A DNA stretch of 20,624 nucleotides from Bugula neritina. Taxonomy: Eukaryota; Animalia; Bryozoa. Made by a program: the position numbers and the translations under genes. This document shows positions 13,115 through 20,535 of this stretch, one piece after another (the first letter of the stretch is position 1; every line of letters starts with the position of its first letter). The DNA lies in assembly GCA_964035545.1 (NCBI GenBank), contig CAXIUT010000132.1:1-20624 (forward strand), in the 5' to 3' direction. The notes below the pieces were generated by a model, which saw only the letters and a program-made list of their open reading frames with translations, was not told the DNA's origin and did no database searches.

Positions 13115-13852
13115 ATGAGTAAAAAGCAAGCTAATTGGCGCAAATAGCAAGAATAGATCTTTGAAGATGATTCCTAAGAAGCAGAAAAATAACAACTAAA
13201 TAATTAATTAGAACCAATCGAACAAGAAGAAGGATAAATACTTTCAGAATAAGAATAGTAATAATAATCAGAGTAAGGATAAGTCATCTCACAACCTATC
13301 TAGCCAATAGAAAATCATAGTAATAATCTATTTAATTAAGATGATCACATGTTTGATAGCAGTGTTGATGACGAATCACATCTTGAGGCATAAAAAAAGA
13401 AAAGATAGATTTTATGGAAACAACAAAGATAATAAGAATAAAAAATGGCCAGCTTTTCATAAGAAGATGTACTCAAAAAAGCAATGCTAGACGTCTAAAG
13501 AACAAACAAAAGAGTCATGCTCATGAGAAAAAAAGTAAACCTAGAACTATCTTAGAACCTAAAAAGAATGGATGACATCGATAAAGTAAGAATGACCCAA
13601 CAGCCATATCTAACCACTAATAACACACCATATCGAGGATCAACTAATGAATACCCTCTCATAACAACCGATCGCAGCGGACGCTCTCTTTTCCATCCAA
13701 ACTACTCCCTCAGAGTCAATTAGATGAAACTATCAGACTTCATCCAAAAAAATATCAGAGAAGAATCGACATCAAACTACCTCAATGAGGTAGTCAAGTT
13801 TTAGAACTATGCCTATCAACAAAGAAAAAAAAGAAGACAACATATAGAATGA
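13115..13852 (+). CDS. Hypothetical protein, 245 aa, acidic N-terminus and basic C-terminal patch (likely nuclear)
   Basis: MSKKQANWRKEQEEIFEDDSEE...LSEEEEEEESEEGEV...FSEEDVLKKAMLDVERTNKR...QQRKKRRQHIE-TGA. It is open only with TAR as sense codons. Confidence 0.8.
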
Positions 13853-13876
13853 TCTGGAATAGAATTCATCTTACAA

Positions 13877-15147
13877 TCATACAGACTATTGACTCTTTTA
13901 AGGAACTTAGCTTTTTGGTTAAGTTACCATAGATTCCTTTTGCTGCATTGGAGTATTTGAAATAGCTTTGGTCTATTGAAGAGGCAAAGTTTCAGATGTT
14001 GGAGCAGAAACTGGCTTTTATTGCTTAAACGGTTTTGCCTGTTAGGCATCTTAGGGTTTTCTTTTTCTGTTTCCAAAACTTCCCAGATGAACCACTTGGT
14101 ATCTGCTGGTACAGGTTTAAACTCCTGGTTTTTCTTTTCTTTCTCAAGTTTTTCCTTTTCAGCCAAATAAGTTTCTTTTGTTCCCATCTGTCCATGCGCA
14201 TCTTCAATTTTGTCAAGCAAAGATCCAATGATATCTTTAATTTCCTTCACTTCTTCACTATCTCCAACAGCACACATGTATCTGAACCTATCAACTTTGG
14301 TTTTTTCTTCAGTCGGAATCTCCATTTAAGAAATATCATATCCCAAACTAAAACCCAAATGACTCAGAAGTATATTAAATGACTTTATATATTCAGCTAT
14401 TGCCTTCATCTAACAATCAGCACCATTTTGGTACAAATAACTATTACCTATTAGGTAATACAAAGTTGAAGCAAGTCTGTTACAATCAAATCCCTCTCGC
14501 TGAGATTATGATTCTATAGCTGTCTGATAGCATTCTATAGCTTTCTGATAGTCTTCGTCAAGAGAATAGATATCTCCCAGTCTAGTATAAGTCCTTCTGA
14601 TTCCATCAAGAACCTCATCCAAGTTAATACAACTTTGACCTTGCTTTATCTTTGATAGTTCTGTTTCGTAGAGAGCTTGGGCCATGTTTAAATTGCATAT
14701 ACAAATTTATTTGTCATTCAAGTCATCTTCATCTTGCTTGGACTAGCCAACTGATTGAGGTTCTACATTTTTTGCCTCATTTTCTTAGATAATTTATGGC
14801 TGAACTTCTTGATTGTTTGCTTCGTTCTCTTTATCTTCTTCTGCCTCTTCAGGTTACTCAACTATTGAACTATCTTCATAGTTTTAAGGATTATCTGCAA
14901 TATTTTATTCTTCATTTTGAGCATTGTTGGGCATAGCCTATTCATTGAATATATCAAGATTGCTTTCTATTTTTTGAAGTAGAAAGTGAGCATATTAGAA
15001 GCAGAAGAAAGCCATATGATAAGAGGATTACCCTACAGTATCTCTGACTTTGTTCATGAAATTGAAGAAATCTTAATCAACCTTGTCTGCAGGTGATTGT
15101 TTGACGACGGCAAGATGAGTTTTAAGGGATTAAACTTAGTTTTCCAT
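13877..15147 (-). CDS. NASP/Sim3/Hif1-family (SHNi-TPR) histone chaperone, ~416-423 aa; frame discontinuity near 14095-14122
   Basis: TPR2 AFFCFEYAHFLLQKIE is interrupted by a long acidic patch and resumes DDLNDKEICICNLNMAQALY. TPR3 is LGDIYSLDEDYQKAIECYQTAI and TPR4 is RLASTLYYLIGNSY, followed by helix EIKDIIGSLLDKIEDA. After a frame change comes the NLS-like VVHLGSFGNRKRKP and TGA at 13879-13877. Confidence 0.8.
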
Positions 15148-15378
15148 AAGTTTTGGTGGCTTTATAAGTTTAAATTATTAAAATACCCGCTTCAAATATT
15201 AATTTATATCTCTTTATCACTTTTAATCAGTTAAATATCACTAGCATCTATACAAATCCATCGCATTACAAATAAATTTAATTCAATAAATACTATTCTA
15301 TCATCTCTTTACCTAAAATAAATAAACTTTTTGATTTTAATGATATTTTCGATGATAGTTTGCTATTGAACAATCATT

Positions 15379-16139
15379 TCATGCCTCATTAGCATTTTTA
15401 ACTATATAGTACTCTTTCTACCTGATTTAAAATTTTGACTTTCCCCATAAGTGACAATCTGCATGATCATAAGAGTATCAATAGTTAGCTGAATAACTCC
15501 ACACAACATGAACTGAAAAGGTTGTCTTTCAATAACATAGTAGCATGTTTTAACAAAATCACCCAAAAACCACATAGCCACCATCGATTTACTCAAACCC
15601 TAAACACTTTTCTTCTGAAAGTTAGAATACAATTGAGGAAGACCAGCTGAAGCCTAAATACTCACACACAAAAATCCTATTGATTGTCCATAATAGGGTA
15701 CATCGAATACTTGTACAGTCATAGTAGCAATGGTTACAACGGTTGTCAATCCAAGAAGAAACTTAACTAAATAAAATATGATTTACTATACTCTTAATAA
15801 GTTTTCCATTTCCAAAATGTCTATAAAAACGAAGCCCCCTGTTCATAATGATTACTGACTTCAACACAAGATTTTAGCAAGACAAGCTAACTATCAAACA
15901 AATTACTTGCATAACGATCATAAAGAAAGACTGGAAGAGCAAGCTAACATTAAACCCAACAGTAATCCAGAAGTATATTCTGAGGATGTTACAGATAAGC
16001 ATTATTGCTGGTAAATAAATGGAAAAAGAGCCTATAGATTTTTGCTACTTAATAGTAAAATATTGAGGAATATACGATGAAATAGGTAGAATAGCCATAG
16101 CTTAGTTAAAATATTAATACCAAGATCAGCGATGAACAT
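15379..16139 (-). CDS. PQ-loop repeat membrane protein (PQLC1/SLC66A2-like), 226 aa, 5 exons
   Basis: Two PQ motifs (SYIPQY and IEASAGLPQLYSNFQKKSVEGLS), plus NILRIYFW, LLFQS, MWFLGDFVKT and QPFQFMLCG. The frame is restored by removing four 20-nt GT-AG introns. Confidence 0.9.
15402..15421 (-). other. 20-nt spliceosomal intron 4 of the PQ-loop gene (GTAGAAAGAGTACTATATAG)
   Basis: GT..AG ends. Removal gives ...QNFKS-VKNANEA-TGA. It lies in the non-conserved tail, so support is weaker than for introns 2 and 3. Confidence 0.65.
15767..15786 (-). other. 20-nt spliceosomal intron 3 (GTAAATCATATTTTATTTAG)
   Basis: Removal joins FWKWKTYEEY to IKFLLGL in frame with the downstream PQ motif. Confidence 0.88.
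15887..15906 (-). other. 20-nt spliceosomal intron 2 (GTAATTTGTTTGATAGTTAG)
   Basis: Removal joins QSFFMIVMQ to LVLLKSCV, the family pattern. Confidence 0.88.
16101..16120 (-). other. 20-nt spliceosomal intron 1 (GTATTAATATTTTAACTAAG)
   Basis: Removal joins MFIADL to AMAILPISSYIPQ. An alternative start at the downstream ATG would make this intron unnecessary. Confidence 0.72.
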
Positions 16140-16212
16140 TTATTAATATCGATAGTATTCGTGTAATATTATAGTCAATCCAAGATACGATTTAATGAAT
16201 AATATTTAATTT

Positions 16213-16287
16213 GGGGTTGGGGTTGGGGTTGGGGTTGGGGTTGGGGTTGGGGTTGGGGTTGGGGTTGGGGTTGGGGTTGGGGTTGGG
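16213..16287 (+). repeat. Internal G-strand telomeric tract (GGGGTT)12GGG, 75 nt
   Basis: Perfect repeat in right-end orientation, ~73 nt upstream of the PQ-loop ATG, joined to the unfinished 3' end of CXCXC gene 1. Confidence 0.97.
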
Positions 16288-17164
16288 CTCTCGGACAACT
16301 CATGTATTTAGGACACACACATGCACACTAAGATAAACTCCACTAAAACGGAGCCACGCATTTTGAACTCACACCGCATATTCTAGGTAAACATTTGCAC
16401 TATCTGTAGTTCCATACTTTTCCTTAAGGACATTATTTTGCCTTACATTTACAAGTACAGCTCTAGGGACTTTGCTCAAAATCACCCAGGCAGTATCTTT
16501 TTCTGCAGCGGCATGCGCAAATGTTTTCGTCAAAGTAGTGAGTTTGAGGATTGCATTTGATGTACAGCTCATTCGCACATTTACAGCCACATGCTTTTCC
16601 AAGAATTTTTATTTTATTCAAAGGACAGTGAATATTAGCAGCGCACTAGCAAGAGCAAGTATCATAGTTGAAGAAAGTAGCCAGGGGACAATCAAAACAC
16701 CTTGATTGATCTTGAGTCACTTTGAATATTAAACTAGTCGGCCCTCCGAAATTAGTGACAGCAAAGGTTAAATTGTTCTATTTACATTGAAGATTGACTT
16801 TAAACGTTTTAACTACAGTTTTACTAACAGTTCCAATATTTCTATTATTCAAATAAATAGAAACAGTATCATCTCCAGCAACAGATAAGTTAGCAAGTTG
16901 ATTCGGGCAGTCAGAATAGAACAAAGATTGAAAAGTAGTTCTAAAATTCTTTGTATTAGTTATTTTTTAATCCCCTAGCATCACCCATTGAGGTCCATAT
17001 CCCAGCTTATTCGAATGATGTTAGTCATAATGACGCTAAATGATAATACTTTGGTCAGGATGGGTAGTACTGATTACATTAGAAGGATCTGATACTAACA
17101 CATTGACCTCACCAGCTGATATCATCATAATGAAAAGAAAAGCCAGAAGTAATGCCTTACTCAT
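16288..17164 (-). CDS. Secreted beta-sandwich + CXCXC-repeat protein, copy 1 (>292 aa), 3'-truncated by the telomeric tract
   Basis: Signal MSKALLLAFLFIMMISA; FQSLFYSDCP..VAGDD..IYLNN..NNLTFAVTNFGGPTSLIF; repeats TCSCEC, ACGCKC, ICACRC, SCTCKC, ECACVC. It runs into the tract at CPKYMSCPR with no TGA. Confidence 0.87.
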
Positions 17165-17172
17165 ATGGTATA

Positions 17173-17182
17173 ATATTATAAC
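17173..17182 (-). promoter_or_regulatory. Conserved GTTATAATAT element upstream of CXCXC copy 1
   Basis: The same 10-mer lies 8-12 nt upstream of the ATG in all three paralogs. Confidence 0.5.
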
Positions 17183-17477
17183 GGACATACTATTATCAAT
17201 TTATTAATATTAAACTAACAGTCTCAATATCAAAAGATAAAAAGCCATAAATAAATATTATAAATTTAAATCGCTTCTTTGACTTCAATAGCATAAATAT
17301 CATCACAACAAGTTGATTTTTATTCATTTTTAGTAAAATATTTTCACAAAGAAAATTCATATTTTAAGTCTATCAGTTAAAATTCAAACATTCAAATTTT
17401 ATATGATCACTCAACAGCTAAGCTTTACTCGAACATCTTTAATAGTAATAAAATAATTAATATTTAAGCTACGTAAA

Positions 17478-18314
17478 TCACTGTGGTTAGCATACGCAAT
17501 TAACCGGATTCAATACGAAATTATTTTTACAAACAGCATTAGGTGCACATCCACATGAACAGCTAGATTCGAATTTCAATTTAGGATAAAAACAACTTAA
17601 AGAACAAGTACAACAAGCATCTTCACTCCAACTAAATGGAGCCTTGCAAGTTGACTCTGCATCAGAACAGACACACGAGCAAGTGTCTTAGTCCCATTTC
17701 TTGTTATCTGGACAGGTTTTATTAGTCTGTTTACAAGCACATTAGCAAGTGTTGTTATTCCATTCTTGAATAGTACTATTGCATTCTTGAGTTTAATTAC
17801 ATCCACAGGAACAGGTCTAGAGGTTATAGACTAAAAGAGGATTTTAGATGCATTGATAGCATTTAGATTGTTCCTGGACTACTTTGAAAGCTGTTCCTAT
17901 TTTCCCTCTTGTTTTTCTGTAAACAAAAGTCAAATTATTTTATCCGCAATTAAGTTTCACATCTAAAGAATTTGTTCTAAGAATCCAAAAACTTTTAGAC
18001 TTTAATTTACCATTGACATAAACTTTTATTTTAGCATCAGCTATTACTTTCAATTTGGCTTTAACTTAAGGACAATCTACTTTAAATAACGACTGCAAAA
18101 CAACTTGCTTATAATGATCTGTTTTCTTTGGAATTTCAACTGTTATAAACTTAACATCAGATCCCAACTTGTATTTCTGTATTTTATGTTCCTCAACCTT
18201 AACATCAGAATGGGATAGACAGGTCGCTGTGTCTTTGTTTGAAACCAACAAGTTGGCATGTTTGTGAGCTGCCATCAGAACAACCAACAAAGCTAAAATA
18301 CAGACTGTCTTCAT
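17478..18314 (-). CDS. Secreted beta-sandwich + CXCXC-repeat protein, copy 2, 278 aa
   Basis: Signal MKTVCILALLVVLMAA; LQSLFKVDCPE..IADA..VYVNG..CGENNLTF..FKVVQEQSKCY; repeats YNLETCSCGC, WNNNTCECAC, WDEDTCSCVC; ends LNPVNCVCEPQ-TGA. Confidence 0.9.
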
Positions 18315-18323
18315 TTGAATTTA

Positions 18324-18338
18324 ATATTATAACTGTCT
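18324..18338 (-). promoter_or_regulatory. Conserved AGACAGTTATAATAT element upstream of CXCXC copy 2
   Basis: 15-nt exact match to the element upstream of copy 3. Confidence 0.5.
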
Positions 18339-18564
18339 AATTATCTTATATTATTAATAGTATCTCAAATTATTATCTATATCATCAATACTAATCAAAT
18401 CAACCTATTTTTACTTTATATATTCAACTTTTACTTTATTTTGTAGGTTATTGCTCAAAAATATAAAATTGAATTTCAACTTATCAGAAATCCTTTAAAC
18501 ATTTAAATTTTATACTATAGATATTACTAAAAACAATTAGCTTAGATGAATTATTTAAATCATA

Positions 18565-19413
18565 TCATTTTTAACAAACACATGTCGATTTGTTTAATTT
18601 AAACCCTTCTTTTTCATTACAAACGGCACCTTATGCACAACCGCATTAACATCTGTCTGAAAACAATACTTTAGGGTAGTAACAAACAGTAGAACAAGTA
18701 CAACAAGTATCTTCACTCCAAATAAATGGAGCCTTGCAAGATTACTATACATCAGTACAAACACATGAACAAGTGTTTGGGTTCCATTTTTTGTTATCTG
18801 GGCAAGTTGTGTTGGTTTGCTTACAACCACATTAGCAAGTGTTTTTATTCCATTCTTGAAGGGTATTATTGCATTATTTGATTTAGTTGCATTAACAAGA
18901 ACAGGTTTGATAATTATAAAGTAAAACAGGTGCCTCAGAGCTGCATGTATAGCATTTGGATTGTTCCTGAACAACCTTGAAAGTAGTCATTATTCTTCCT
19001 TTTTTATTTTAGAACACCAAAGTCAAATTATTTTATCCACAGTTAGTTTTCAAAGAAAAATATTTTACTCTTCTGTATCTTCCAGACTTTCTGAACTAAC
19101 CAACTACTTATTTGCTATTGATATAGACCTTATATTTATCACCAACTATCATCAATGTGGCTTCAGTTTAAGGACAATCTACCCTAAATATGGATTGTAA
19201 AGTAACTGATTCACCAGTTACTTTATTCTTTTTACTTCCCACAGAAATATATCTAGATTTTAATCCTCGTATATGTTTTTGTCTAGAATATTCTCTAACT
19301 TTTTAATGAGGATGAGATGGACAAATAGTTGTAGTCGGGTCAGAAAAAAGTAAAGTAACTTGAGCGGATGTGATCAGAACAAGCACTAAGGCCAGAATAA
19401 ACATAACCTTCAT
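18565..19413 (-). CDS. Secreted beta-sandwich + CXCXC-repeat protein, copy 3, 282 aa
   Basis: Signal MKVMFILALVLVLITSA; LQSIFRVDCPE..CGENNLTL..FKVVQEQSKCY; repeats YNYQTCSCEC, WNKNTCECGC, WNPNTCSCVC; ends LNKSTCVCEK-TGA. Confidence 0.9.
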
Positions 19414-19425
19414 TTTTGAATTTTG

Positions 19426-19440
19426 ATATTATAACTGTCT
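19426..19440 (-). promoter_or_regulatory. Conserved AGACAGTTATAATAT element upstream of CXCXC copy 3
   Basis: Exact match to the copy 2 element, within an 80-nt intergenic region. Confidence 0.5.
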
Positions 19441-19493
19441 GATTTGTGATCTCAAATAATTAATAAACTCATCAATATTATTCAACAAAATCA

Positions 19494-20441
19494 TCACATA
19501 AAATACTTCTAAGTCTCATTCTTAATGATTTTAGCATCAGCCGCAGCAGCCACTATTCCCCGAGCTATATTTTCAGGACTCTCAGAAAATATATTGAAAA
19601 ACTTACCTCCATGCTCATCTATCTCCATTATCGAAGCAAGGTTGCCCATCCTATACACATAGTTAGGAGCAGACCACACAGTAGATAAACTATCTTTGAA
19701 CAAAAGCTGATACCCCTCAGTACAAAGCTGATGAGCCCTCGTCAAATGATTAAACCCATTATGATATAAAAACTTTTGCAGCACCTCTTCTCCAAATATA
19801 TAGCCAGCTCCTCTAGGCGATATAACAAAGCCAGTTTATCCTTCTTCAGGATCACTCCACATCATATCGCACAAAGGACCATCATGAGGTATTTCCTGAA
19901 ACCGATTCAACCCTTCCAACTGGTCAACCGACTCGATCATAGGAGACAGCCCTCCATGCACAGCAAATATATTTTAAGAAACAATGGCTGAAATAGGCAG
20001 AAAATCAAACATATCAGTAAATAGCTACCAGACAGCAGTATTTCCATATTTATTTTGACATTCCATGTAAAAACCATAATTCTGAGTAATAGCTCTTAAT
20101 TAGTGATTTCCTCTAATGAGAGTGACTTTCTTTGGATATTTAAGTTTAAGAAGACTAAGCAGTGTTATCGTTTATACGCTATGAGCCCCTCTATCCACAT
20201 AATCGCCAAGAAACAAATAGTTAGTGTAAGGCAGCTATCCTCCCACCTTAAATATCTCAAGAACATCGAAAAATTGTCCATGAACATCTCCAACCACAGT
20301 TATTGGAAGCGATACCTTTTGAACGTTTTTCTACTACATCATTATATCCTTCAACTTGTGACATAGAATATGGATAGCTTGCTGTTATATGATTTAGCAT
20401 TTAAGCACCTTTTAGAGAAGTCTGTCAATATCGAAACCCAT
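19494..20441 (-). CDS. Ser/Thr protein phosphatase catalytic subunit, PP2A/PP4/PP6 family, PPG1-like, 315 aa, intronless
   Basis: [60 protein letters not shown] (HQLC resembles the Ppg1 subgroup), SAPNY, and C-terminal KYFM-TGA. Confidence 0.95.
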
Positions 20442-20535
20442 GTTTAATATATAAATATTTGAATTAAGTAAGGAGATAATTATATCAAATAAACAAACAA
20501 ATAATCACTTATAAATGATCTTATTTGACTATTTA

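Noticed and set aside
13924-14095. Track C-terminus WFIWEVLETEK...KRNLW for the NASP-like protein
   Set aside because: Under TAR=Glu this frame would run on into the convergent gene. The other frame gives a family-like basic NLS and a TGA in the intergenic gap.
12253-16287. Telomere-bearing transposon (TBE/Tel-like) bounded by the two internal tracts
   Set aside because: The tracts are direct rather than inverted, there is no target-site duplication or transposase, and the enclosed genes are ordinary cellular genes.
16213-16290. CXCXC copy 1 reading through the tract as a Gln-Pro repeat tail
   Set aside because: The join falls mid-repeat and the paralogs end in CVCE..-TGA, so it is better explained as an overwritten or truncated 3' end.
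18408-18440. Short direct repeat TTTTACTTTAT in intergenic DNA
   Set aside because: Low-complexity AT-rich sequence with only two copies.
16369-18974. Track ORFs 16369-16602, 16472-16705, 17597-17806 and 18594-18974
   Set aside because: They are alternative-frame or antisense shadows of the CXCXC genes. The Cys-rich frame is the one conserved across paralogs.
426-20441. Standard ciliate code (TAR=Gln) or a split code (TAA=Glu, TAG=Gln)
   Set aside because: VW-TAG-LFTD in the phosphatase could suggest Gln, but that position is variable. TAG aligns with GAG/GAA in paralogs and with conserved Glu sites in three proteins.
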